Positions 26,737 to 37,310 of a stretch of 64,000 bases of DNA are shown one piece after another. The stretch is from Mobula birostris. Taxonomy: Eukaryota. Positions within the stretch are counted from its first letter, which is position 1; every line of letters begins with the position of its first letter. The notes beneath the pieces are model-generated. The model was not told the DNA's origin and did no database searches. It saw only the letters and a program-made list of their open reading frames with translations. The translations under genes and the position numbers were made by a program. The stretch is from NCBI RefSeq assembly GCF_030028105.1, contig NC_092374.1, positions 32,497,016 to 32,561,015 of the forward strand, in the 5' to 3' direction.

Positions 26737-27484
26737 TGTGAGGTATTTTATTTTAGCAGTTTGCTGTAAAAGCAGTGTGACCTGCTTCGGCTTCGGCTAA
26801 AGATAAGGAGCCAAGTTGTCCGACTTAGGAATGTTGCGTTAGCCAATCAGGATTGTGGGATGTGAGAGAATGTTCTAGAGAGCTGGAGGGAAGAGTTTTC
26901 TGCAGGAAAGTAGTCTTGTTTGGGGTCTTTCTGGCAGGAGGTGCGGAGAGAAGAGCACCAGGTCCCGTCCGAAAGGGGGACCCTATTGCAAGGAGTGCTT
27001 TGTGAAGCAGAGGATTCCAAGAAGGGAAGTTCTGCCGGTGGTTGGTGGTGAGAATTCGGTGCCCCGAGTAAAGCAATACACCCAGCTAACACAGAAATGA
27101 GCTCCAACGTTTACGTGCACATTTAGACTGGTTTAACTGTAATGGGCCCTTTTATCTTTCTTCTTTTTTTCTTTCTCTTTTAATTGTTCGATAAAGTTGA
27201 AAATTGGTAAATATATTTTCTTTATAATTTTATGCTAGTGTACGATCTGTCATTTCTGGGCTACCGATAACTGTGTATGGACAGTGTTAATACAAATGTT
27301 CAAATCGGGATTCCTTTAATCGGAACATCCTGACATTCCTATTTGGGTGAACCCCAGATCATACCGACCCTGGATATATATTGCTTATCAAAGGCAACCT
27401 TCTCATCGTTGAGTCACATGGCTGTCAGCAGAGTTAGCTCATGAGCAACGTTGGTGTACGAGCCCCAGTGAGAGGGCAGAAACA
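26737..27484 (+). mobile_element. Probable solo LTR
   Basis: About 750-bp CpG-retaining block starting TGTGAG and ending ACA, with a CCAAT box and a T-rich tract. No clear TSD. Confidence 0.45.
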
Positions 27485-28714
27485 ATTTAATTTCCCATTT
27501 GTCAGTATGGTTGACCTAAGTCCATTCCAAATGATTATGGCTTCGTTAAAATGACGGAATCATAACAGTGTTATGTCACACGAGAAGCCCATTTGGGCTG
27601 TCAGGTCAATGTCAGCCCCATTCCGTCACTCTTTTGTTATAGACTTAGAAATCATTTTCTTCCAGGTGAATTAGATTGAATAAAATTGAATTTGCTTTCA
27701 GAGATTAGAAAGGCACCATGTATTTCTCAAACACTCATTCCCTTTGACATTTACCTTAACTGACACTTCCTCACAAATACTCTCTCCTCTTCAACGTTCT
27801 TAAACACTTGTCGTACATTCATGTCTTCAGCATAACATTCTCTTCCTTGTGATTATGTCTCTTCCTGGTCTCTCCTACTCTTCGTAGACAACACTCAATA
27901 GACATACGTTGTTTTTCTATTAACTCACCATTCCCCAACTCTAACACTTTGTATTTACCCTTCCGTTGGGTTACTGTTTGCAACCATTCTTTCATCCAAC
28001 CAGGTCCCACTTAGCAGACCTGTCTCACTCAAACCCGCACATCCCCTCTTTTAATTAGAATCCACCAGATTACCTCCTCCCCCCCAACCTACCGCACCAT
28101 GCGTTGCCTCCCCCCACCCCATCTCACTCTTCCACTAAATCGTTCACAATCATTTTGTCCGATTAAAGATGTATAAAACATAAGTTGCCTTCTACATAAG
28201 TGCAAGTAGCCATTATTGATATTTCATACCACAGCCTTTGGCCTTGCTGCAGCATTTTCCAAGCTGCACAAATCCTACCAGGGATTCTGGGATGTAGAAC
28301 AAAGGGGATAGAAAGCCACGTTGTTGAAATATATCTCCTGGCAGACTCCTGGCCTGAATAACAACAAGTTACCACAGAGCTGACAAAATGAGTTCATCAT
28401 TAATCATACTGGCACATTTATTTCCAACAACACTTGTCTATCAAATTCAAAGTAATAAATGCTCAGGTGTCACGGCTCCTCGACAACCCACTTTTATCTC
28501 CTCCAGCTTCCCTGCTGAACTTTTCTTTTGGCCAGATATTGTAAAAGCTCCTGAGAAATTCTTCCTTCAAAGATTTAATTGAATTTGTACTTAAAGCAGA
28601 AGTACAAGGTTGTCCTCAGGGCCGATAGGCATGTGCTTATTTTTCTAGCCCAACTGATCAAAATCCAACACAATCCAGCATTCTCGTTGCTTGTGCGTGG
28701 AACGAAAATATTCA

Positions 28715-29175
28715 GTCCATGATGAGGCCACCCTCAGGGTGGAGGAGCAATGCCTCATATTCCACCTGGGTAGCCTCCAACCTAATGGCATGAATATCGA
28801 TTTTTCCTTCTGGTAAAAAAAATTCCCTCCCCCTCTCCTCTTCTATTCCTCATTCTGGCCTCTTACCTCTTCCCATCTACCCATCACCTCCCCCTTCCCT
28901 TTTTCTTATGGTCCACTCTTCTGTCCTATCAGATCTCTTCCCCTCCAGCCCTTGACCTTTCCCACCCACCAGACTTCACCTGTCACCTTCCAGCTCTCCT
29001 CCTTCCCCTCCCCCCAACCTTTTGATTCTGCTGTCTTCCCCACACCTTTCCAGTCCTGAAGGAGGGTCTTGCCCCAAACCATCTACCATTTATTCATTTC
29101 CAGAGATGCTGCCTGACCTGCTGAGTTCCTCCAGTATTTTGCTCGTGTTCCTCTGGATTTCCAGCATCTCTCGTG
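28715..29175 (+). mobile_element. Penelope-like element 3' end (GIY-YIG C-terminus plus pLTR)
   Basis: HDEATLRVEEQCLIFHLGSLQPNGMNIDFS is typical of the PLE endonuclease end. Degenerate hammerhead CAGTCCTGAAGGAGGGTCTTGCCCC at about 29051. Confidence 0.8.
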
Positions 29176-29316
29176 TCTATTTGTCAGCTCTTGTTTTATA
29201 TTAAACTGTCCAATGGGTGGACTCACAGGTTGTGAAAGATTGTAAGAGCTACAGATTAGTCTGAAAGGTGAGTCTCCAATTTCCAAATGCCTGACGTGCT
29301 ATCAAGTAATTAATTA

Positions 29317-29339
29317 ACACACACACACACACACACACA
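29317..29339. repeat. (AC)n microsatellite
   Basis: About 11.5 perfect AC units. Confidence 0.95.
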
Positions 29340-32260
29340 GACATATGATGCAGAATATGAGGCTGAAATGTTATTCTGTGTGTGTGCTTTGTCTCAGTTT
29401 GCACACCTTCAGTTCTACCCAGTGGGTTACAGGATCACACTGACTTCAGAGTTGAGTACGCAAATCTATGCAATTAACTGCCTCTGAGGGAATGCTGTAA
29501 CTGCTGAGGTTGTTTTTCAGCTGAGGTTTTAAATCGAGGCTCTAAATGTGCTCTAATATAAATATAAAATGAATTTTGCTTTGTTTTTTTGAAAATTCCA
29601 TTTCCTTTTGACCGACAAAATGGCACGGTTACCAAAACTGCTTCCTCGGACTCCAGTGACGTGTATTTTGCCATTGTCTCTGTAGAGTTTGCACATTCAC
29701 CCTGTGAATGCAGGGATTTTCTCCAGTTGCAGCACCTTCCTCCCACATTCGGTGAGTTAATTGGCCAGTCTGCAGATGAATGGTAGAATCTGGGAGGGTC
29801 AGATTATTATCAAAGTATGTATGGACTACCTTGAGGTCCATTTCCTTGCAGGCATTCACAGGAACATAAAGAAATACAAGAGAATTTATGAAAAACCATT
29901 CGTGAACAAAGATCATCAAACAACCAATGTGCCAAAGAGGACAAGTAGTTCAAATAACTGAGAACATGGAGTGGAAAAGTCCTTGGAAGTGAATCTGTGG
30001 GTTTGGAATCAGTGGTGGGATGAGAGCTGACATACTCAATGAGTCAAATGGCCTTCACCTAAGTCAAAAAGACATGCACAGATATATACAGTAGCTAGAA
30101 ATTATGTACAGCCTAGCACGAATGTTAATTTTACCAAAAAGATCATCTAAATTTCTATTTTTTGTCATCTTCAGTATTATGACTGGGAATGCCAAGAAAT
30201 GGAGTACTGATTTGGGGTTGTGGCCAAAACCACTCTCTGGTGATAGCAATCCTGTCAATTTTCTCACTGGCAGAATAGATCACAGATCAGGTTCAATATC
30301 AATTAACTCATGATATTTGACTGATACTTTGATAATAGGCCAGCTCAAGAAGAAGACTTGCACCTCTTTTGACAATCTACATCATGGGCTAATTTTCTAG
30401 TAGTCCGGGGCATGAGAAATTCACTACTTAAAGGTTCCCGGCCAATTTTATGTCCCTCCTCCCTTTTTGTCCCATATATACAATTATTTGGCGAGTCCGA
30501 AACACCATTGAACAGCAAGCAAACTCAAGCCAAGTGAAGCTGCCCCGAGCTGCGAGGTTATTACAATAAAAGTGAACCCGGTAAATCACGAGTAACACTG
30601 AACGGTGTGGTGACCCTATGACAGCTCCTAGAGCTGCTACCGTACAGCTTCCTCAGCCTGCGCTCAATCTGACCTCTGGTGTTGGCTGTGTGGAGCTCGC
30701 ACATTCTCCCTCTTACCACCTGGGATTCCTCAGGTTTTCACCCTCATCCCATCATGGGTTGGTAGGTCAGTTACTCACACTACGTTGCCCCCAGTCTGCA
30801 CATATCTGGTAGAACCTGATGGTTGGGAGACCAGGAGTTGACGGAAATGTGGAGAGAATAAAAATGGGATCTGGTAGAATCAAAACAAAATGTACCTGAT
30901 GGTCAGGCAGATTTGTGGGAGGTAAAGGCCCTTTACCTGTGTTTATCTCTCTTTTACTCTGTGGTGCTATTGAATTGGGGATTGTCGGTCATGGTGCAGT
31001 GTTCCCCAGCCCAGAGACTTCCTTATAGGGTAGTTACTGGCGTATTACGCAACAAAGGGAGGGAAAGGCAGCAGAAAGCAAAAGGTCGTAGCTGATACTG
31101 GAATCGAGATCAAATTCCAGAACTCTGAGAGAACTCAACGGGTCAGGCAACAACTTGAATGAAAAACAGAAAACTCTGGGGAAAAAAAGCAGATCAGGCA
31201 GCAGCTGAAACAAAAAAAAATGCCCGAAGAATGCAGTCTGTCGGGTAGTACCTAGAACAACCAGGACACTGGAAGAACTCGGTTGGTTGGGCAGTGTCTT
31301 TGGAGTTATTTGTTCCTCTTCAACAAAAAAAAACAGAGAATGCTGGAAGTTTCTTTGCCCCCATAGATGCTGCCTGGCCCACTGAGTTCTTCCAGAGTTC
31401 TGGCTGGTTTTTGCAAAGGGAAAGGCTGGCGATGAAGAGAGGAAGCCGAGGCCTATGTAGTCTGTCAGTACCCATAGGAGTCACGCTGTCCCCTATTCTA
31501 GATGCTACCTGACCCACTGTGTTCCCTCAGCATTCTGTTTTCAGCACTGCTGTCTCTTTTGTTTTCTCAAAGACAAAGGAAATTTATTATCTAAGTATGC
31601 ATATGTTACCTTGAGATTCATTCTCTTTCAGGAAAATAAAAACACAATAGAATATATGAAAAACTATACATAAACAAAGACTGACAAGCAATCAATGTGC
31701 AAAAAAAAAACTGTGCAAATAAAAAAATCATAATGATACTGAGAACACAAGTTGACAGTGAGTTTGTAAGCTGTGGAATCATAAACACAAGATATTCTAC
31801 AGATGCTGGAAGCAGTCATGATGGAATAAGCCAAAAGATCTAACTCTGCCCCTTTGTCTTGTGGTCTAAATACATCAGGGATATGTCGAGTAGGTGTGAA
31901 AGAGATCATAAAATTCAGGACATTGAGTTCCCATTTCGATCATGGTGGTCCTGATTAGTGAGATGCCTCCTAGAGAGTGTTCGGGTAAATGAGTGGCTTA
32001 AAACTGCAATTTATTACCCCTCTTCCACCTCCTACCCTCCCTACCCACCCCCCCCCCGGGGCTTTCCATTGTCGCGGGTGCAAAGAAACACATTTTCCAA
32101 AAGTTAGTATGAATCAATGTATTAACTAATTGTATGTAACTCCAGTGTTCAACTGGAATCATTAATTACTTTACTCTCCAAAGTTACTGCCTGGTTTTCA
32201 ACACTTCTTGTTTGCATTCCATGTTTCCAGAATCCCCATTATTTTGCCTTGACTCACTAT

Positions 32261-33001
32261 TGTCACGATCCCGATCATTAATTCCCTATCTTTCTCCTAA
32301 TTTCCTTTGATTGTGCCACGGTTCCGACCATTAATTTCCCATTTGCTTCTAATTCTCTTTGATGACGGCACACCTGGTTTCCATCAAGACCTGCAGCATA
32401 AGAACTCCGGCGTTACAACCACTAGTCGCCAGATCGTTGGTTTTGCCTGTGTGGTAATTAACATTTCCAGACCACTTAGGACCGTGTATTCTAAATTTTG
32501 CTCCAGTTTCATCTATGAAACTCCATCTCTCTGTGTCAAGGCTCTGTGTCAAGATCCCTCCTGTTTCATAGTCATAGTCATAGTCATACTTTATTGATCT
32601 CGGGGGAAATTGGTTTTCGTTACAGTTGCACCATAAATAATAAAATAGTAATAAAACCATAAATAGTTAAGTAGTAGTATGTAAATTATGCCAGGAAATA
32701 AGTCCAGGACCAGCCTATTGGCTCAGGGTGTCTGACCCTCCAAGGGAGGAGTTGTAAAGTTTGATGGCCACAGGCAGGAATGACCTCCCATGATGCTCTG
32801 TGTTGCATCTCGGTTGAATGAGTCTCTGGCTGAATGTACTCCTGCACCCCACCAGTCCATTATGTAGTGGATGGGAGACATTGTCCAAGACAATGTCTGT
32901 TTGCCGTTTGCTGTTCAACGTTCATGTCTGTGTACGCATCCTAACTCAATCTCCGTGCCTGTGTCCTACACCTGGGTTTGCTTCATTTGCTCACTGCAAC
33001 A
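32261..33001 (+). mobile_element. Gypsy-type solo LTR with a nested Rex1 3' end
   Basis: TGTCACG...GCAACA termini; near-perfect 5-bp TSD ACTAT/ACAAT; internal CACACCTG and CATAAG motifs. Confidence 0.6.
32567..32896 (-). mobile_element. Young Rex1/Babar LINE 3' end
   Basis: Near-identical reverse complement of 51725-52040; (TATGAC)n tail; CTGTTT duplicated at 32561-32566 and 32897-32902. Confidence 0.9.
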
Positions 33002-33695
33002 ACAATAGGGGAAGAATTCTGCATCAGTCTAGGTGAAGATCTCAGCCCGAAGGTAGACAGCCCATCTCTCTCCACTGCTGTTCCCTGAGCTCCCCCAGCA
33101 GTTCACTCTCTGCTCCACCTTACAGCTTCAGCAATCTCTTTATTACAATCCAAAATAATCTCACTAGTCCAGGTGACAAGAGGATTCATTGGTTGGAGTC
33201 AGAAGCAAAATAAGGACTTTTGTTTTGAACTGCATATGCTGTAAATCTGAAATAAAAAGAGAAAATGCTGGAACCAGCAGCATCTGTGGAAAGCAAAACA
33301 GATTTAATGTTTAGTTTAAAGAATACAGATACTGGCTGATCTGCTGAGTGTTTCCAACATTTTTTTTTAACAATCAAGTAAATGGATTTTATAAATTTCT
33401 TTCCATCAGATAGGTCAAAATTTAAGAGGTAAGAGAGAGTTGCTGCTACAGGCAAGTTTTTTTTTAATTGCATCTGTACCTCACTGTACTCGTGTGCACA
33501 TGACAATAAACTCGACTTGATTTGGGAAGATAAGAACGCCAAGCTTCGGAATATGCGGCTGCTGCAGAACTCTGGGATGTAGAGGGCGGAATGCGGGAGG
33601 TAGTGAGAGGACGACCGGGAGGGGGCGAAATATCGGGAGGTCGGGAGAAGATAGCCGGGAGGAAGCAAAATACTGTACAGGCTACTAAGAGTTCA

Positions 33696-34050
33696 GGAGA
33701 CGGCAGAGGGAATACCGGGAGGTCGGGAGACGACAGGGGGCGGGATACCGGGAGGTCAGGAGACGGCAGAGGGCGGAATACCGGGAGGTCGGGAGACGAC
33801 AGGGGGCGGAATACCGGGAGGTCGGGAGACGGCAGGGGGCGGGATACCGGGAGGTCGGGAGACGGCAGAGGGCGGAATACCGGGAGGTCGGGAGACGACA
33901 GGGGGCGGAATACCGGGAGGTCGGGAGACGACAGGGGGCGGAATACCGGGAGGTCGGGAGACGGCAGAGGGCGGAATACTTGGAGGTCAAGAGACGGCAG
34001 AGGGCGGAATACTTGGAGGTCAGGAGACGGCAGAGGGCGGAATACGGGAG
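33696..34050 (+). repeat. 33-bp G-rich minisatellite, about 10.5 copies
   Basis: Unit GGGAGGTCGGGAGACG(G/A)CAG(A/G)GGGCGG(A/G)ATACC repeated in tandem. It appears as an 11-aa periodicity in the overlapping ORFs. Confidence 0.95.
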
Positions 34051-34206
34051 CTGGAGAGAGGACGGCCGGGAGGGGGCGAAATAGCAGGAGGACGGCGGAG
34101 ACGATCGTCAAAGCTGCTGGCTGGGTCGGTTGCTAGGTGGCGCCGAAATCGGCCTTCGTGGTGGTTGTGAAAAGCTCCCGCTCACATTCTGGAGTTTCCC
34201 GGGGCC

Positions 34207-34220
34207 ATTGGATGACGTGG
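34207..34220 (+). promoter_or_regulatory. UPRE (TGACGTGG, XBP1/ATF6-type) with an adjacent inverted CCAAT box (ATTGG)
   Basis: Sequence ATTGG-A-TGACGTGG, 175 bp upstream of the ATG. Exact match to the UPRE consensus TGACGTG(G/A). Confidence 0.7.
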
Positions 34221-34320
34221 CCGCTGGCCCGGCTGGGAATCCGGGGCAGTCCGGCCCGCTCTGACACTCGAGCCGCAGGCTTGGGCCTTTGAGGCGCTTG
34301 GCCTGAGACGGTGACGCTGT

Positions 34321-34386
34321 ATGTCAGAATCATGTTGTGAGGAGTACCCCGAGAAAGCCACAGGCAGCCTCCCTTCCCCGGGCTGA
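34321..34386 (+). other. Candidate upstream ORF (MSESCCEEYPEKATGSLPSPG*), with a nested mini-uORF ATG-TTG-TGA at 34332-34340
   Basis: Translated directly; the stop lies 8 nt before the ZnT5 ATG. It is in the 5' UTR only if the TSS is upstream of 34321, which the sequence cannot show. Confidence 0.45.
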
Positions 34387-34394
34387 GAGCAAGG

Positions 34395-34465
34395 ATGGAG
34401 GAGAAGTACAGTAGCAACATCATCTCCAACGCCCGCTTGGGCCCTGTGGATGTGCCTGACTCCAG
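34395..34465 (+). CDS. SLC30A5: Zinc transporter 5 (ZnT5), coding exon 1
   Basis: ATG in strong Kozak context (AGGATGG). Translates MEEKYSSNIISNARLGPVDVPDS(R), matching the recalled ZnT5 N-terminus MEEKY...LGPVDVP. Donor AG|GTAAAG, phase 2. Confidence 0.93.
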
Positions 34466-35164
34466 GTAAAGTGAAAGGGAAACTGGCACGGTTAGTGCTT
34501 TAGCGCTCGAATTCATAGAGTTGGGATGAAAAGCGGTACAGCATCAGGTTATAAGCAGTGCTCTGCTATATTGTCTGATCTACGGAGCAGTGAATGCGTG
34601 AGAATATGGAAACACTGAGGAGCGCTTCCATTCTACCTGCGGTGTTATAGTATATGATATGTGTCACGTTACAGTCATACTGTAGTACTTCCCTTCCCAG
34701 CCAGAGGAGGTATAATCACTAATCTTCTGGATCACCCTACCAAGAGAAACCATTTTTGAAAGTTTTATTAAGTCTGAGGTCATCTTTCATTGCCCGCCTC
34801 CTTCAATCAAGTTTATATGTTCTGTCAAAGTGTCTGATTTCCATGACACCTGTGTTTTCATTTTAATATTTTGCACCCACACTCTGTTTCGAATTCCCAC
34901 CCCCCACCCCCGTAAATTATTTCTTGGCGATCATTGCAAGCATATTGGTTATCTTAACCTCTTAAACTCCAAGTAAATACAGATCACATTCTTGGAGTCA
35001 GTTTCATAACATAATCACCACATCAATCTGCTGACTCCTTCTTCTAAGTTCATTGTGCCAAATCATATCTGCCTTTGATACAGCTTCACAGATAACTGCC
35101 AAGTCTCTTTCCAGGTCAGCTCATGTGTCAACTGCACAGTTGCTCTCCATATCTGCCCCCTAAG

Positions 35165-35900
35165 TATGCCAGGTTTTGAGTATTGTGTGCAGTCCTGGTT
35201 GACAAATTATACGAAAGATGTAGCAGCTTTGGAGAGGTTTAACAGGACTTTGCCTGGATTGGATGTATTAGCTACAAGCAGAGGTTGGACGAACTTGGAG
35301 GCAGAAGAAACTGCAGAGGCAGGTGAATTATTTTTAGAGTGTCAGAGGTGAATGGGGTGACCTATAGAGAGACAGTATGTAAAATTATGGGAGGCATAGA
35401 TAAGCATCCTTTTCCCATGGAGGAAGTGTCAACTACTAGAGAGAATTGGTTTAGGGTGTGAGGGGGAAAGTTTAAAGGAGACTTACATGGCAATTTTATC
35501 TTACGCAGAGCGGTGGGTGACTGAAATATACTCCCAGGGGATGGGGTTGAAACAAATACCATAGCAATGCTTAAGAGGCATTTTATAGGCATCCGTTAGT
35601 CTCGTGAAACCATGGATTTGCCCCTTGGAAGGTTTCCAGGGCGCAGGCCTGGATAAGGTATGGAAGACCAGCAGTTGCCCATGCTGCAAGTCTCCCCTCT
35701 CCATACCTCCACTAGGGCCGATGCAGAGCAATGTGTGGTTAAGTGCCTTGCTCAGCTGAGGCTCGAACTAGCGACCTTCAGATCACTAGACCGACACCTT
35801 GACCACTTGGCCATGCGCCAAGGGGCATTTAAACAGCACATAAATATACAGGGAATAAAGGGATGAGGGCTGTCCACAGGCAGGGAGTGATGCTTTAGAT
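35165..35900 (+). mobile_element. CR1 3' fragment containing a tRNA/CORE-type SINE (35588-35819, minus strand)
   Basis: EYCVQSW...ALERFNRTLPGL. The SINE has A-box TGGCCAAGTGG, B-box GTTCGAGCC and CORE-like TGAGCAAGGCACTTAACC. Imperfect TSD AAG(A/G)GGCATTT. Confidence 0.75.
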
Positions 35901-36939
35901 TATCATCATGGTGGGCAGACAAGCCTGTTGCTACCCTCTGTTACACTGTTTTGTGTAACAGGTTGCTTGTCGTTTGATTAGGATCAGTGACTTTGAGTAA
36001 GAGTGGGTGCTTCTTTATATTTCTTTAGTTTACTCAATGTTTTAATTCATATGTAATGCTGTAAGGAGGTTTTTGTTATATTTTTATTTCATTTTATTTT
36101 ATATACGATTATTTGAACTGTTTAAGTGGTTCTTATCAGAGGCAGTTAAAATGAGTTTTAAAAATATTTGACTCTACTGGGTCGTCAAAAGGATATTGCA
36201 AAGCTGTGTTTTGGGATTCACTACCTGTGCCCTAGTCACTGCTCCTGGCCCACTCCACACCGTGGGAGGGCTGTCAGGTACAGATTCTCGGCTTAGCTGG
36301 CCCTCCATATCCAGAGCAGGTCACACAGACAGGTGAGCCTGGGAGTTGAGCTGGATCTGTGTGATCTGCCCCAGTAATTCCTCCAAGATCCAATAAACAG
36401 GATTCGACAGATTACTCAGCAGCCTGAGAAGGACTGTATACTACTTAAATGTCATTTAGTCTTAAAACAAACTCAATGTGATGACAACATTCCAATAACA
36501 TTTTTGATTGTATTCATAGCTGAGTATTTGTGTACTTGCTCTTCTGTAGCTGTTTGTAACGGTTTCCAGTCTCTCAGAAAACACCCAGATTTGTGATGTG
36601 GTTTGGTGGAAGACCTGGTACTTTTCACTAAAGTAAAACTTGCTGACTCGCATTATTCTGTTTCTTCATTTCCTATTTCCAGCCTGTCTAGATCACTGTA
36701 CTTCCTAACCTGCATTTATCCCTTCGATCAAATTACTAAATATTGAAAAGCTGAAACGTCGGGACAGAATGTCATATGAGAGCCATGGTAGTCAGAAAGC
36801 GTCATCTCTTTCCTTTAGTTTCATGCGTTTACTTTTGTTAATAATCTCTGGTGTGCAGCTTTACTCTTTTTATTATTTTACTTTTATTTAGAAACTCAGT
36901 GCGATGACAGGCTCTTTCGATCCAATGAGCCCACATCAC

Positions 36940-37100
36940 CCAATCACACCCATTGACAACTAACCTGCTAACCCATGCCCCTTTGGAATGTGGGAGGAAG
37001 TCACACCGCCCTGGGGAGAACATACAAACACCTTATTGACAACGGCAAAATTGGACCTAGGTCACTCTTGCTGTAATTGCATTATTTAACGGCTACAGTA
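36940..37100 (-). mobile_element. V-SINE remnant
   Basis: TTTGGAATGTGGGAGGAA...GGAGAACATACAAAC, as in the other copies. Confidence 0.65.
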
Positions 37101-37310
37101 CTTGGTTGCCCAGACACCCTCTGGAAGTCCATTCAGTGGCATACATCCCTGTCCACCATGCCTTACGCAAATAGAGTCAAATACTAAGGACTTGACTTTT
37201 CCTTCACAAATATATGCATGTCCTCTTTAATCAGCTCAATCATTGTGTCCCATTTGGTTGAATCCAGTTACCTCCTCAAGGCTGATGCCAATTTGACAGA
37301 TCTGTAGATA

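Larger units (their letters stand above)
6274..30413 (-). pseudogene. Decayed multi-exon protein-coding gene of unknown identity, head-to-head with SLC30A5
   Basis: A series of AG/GT-bounded, mostly phase-compatible segments in non-repeat DNA: 23035-22912, 22166-22106, 21793-21497, 17863-~17720, 15213-15108, 12628-12406, 11323-~10431, ~9330-8851, 7513-7322, 6419-6274. Weaker candidates lie near 30370-30135, 28355-28230 and 25710-25260. Translations are protein-like with scattered stops. The 5' boundary is uncertain. Confidence 0.6.
33570..34520. promoter_or_regulatory. CpG island / SLC30A5 promoter and 5' UTR
   Basis: Abrupt GC- and CpG-rich stretch covering the first coding exon and about 800 bp upstream, in otherwise CpG-depleted DNA. 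Multiple GGGCGG boxes. Confidence 0.85.

Noticed and set aside
8851-30413. In-frame TGA codons read as selenocysteine or readthrough in the antisense gene
   Set aside because: TAA and TAG stops and frameshifts also occur; CGA-to-TGA CpG decay is the simpler explanation.
30488-30505. GAGTCCGAAAC resembling a hammerhead core
   Set aside because: No CUGANGA box and no helix II pairing.
33696-34050. CRISPR-like regular repeat
   Set aside because: Units are directly adjacent with no unique spacers, there are no cas genes, and the context is eukaryotic.
33464-34136. Long ORFs on both strands with 11-aa repeats (VFRPLPSPDLP / RSGDGRGRNTG)
   Set aside because: They are a by-product of a stop-free 33-bp (multiple of 3) minisatellite; no splice or homology support.
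34133-34516. 127-aa antisense ORF over exon 1
   Set aside because: GC-rich CpG island depleted of stops; no recognisable protein features.
35760-35819. tRNA gene-like A/B boxes (also at about 6775, 8297 and 18615)
   Set aside because: No full cloverleaf, and they are followed by SINE bodies; these are tRNA-derived SINE heads.
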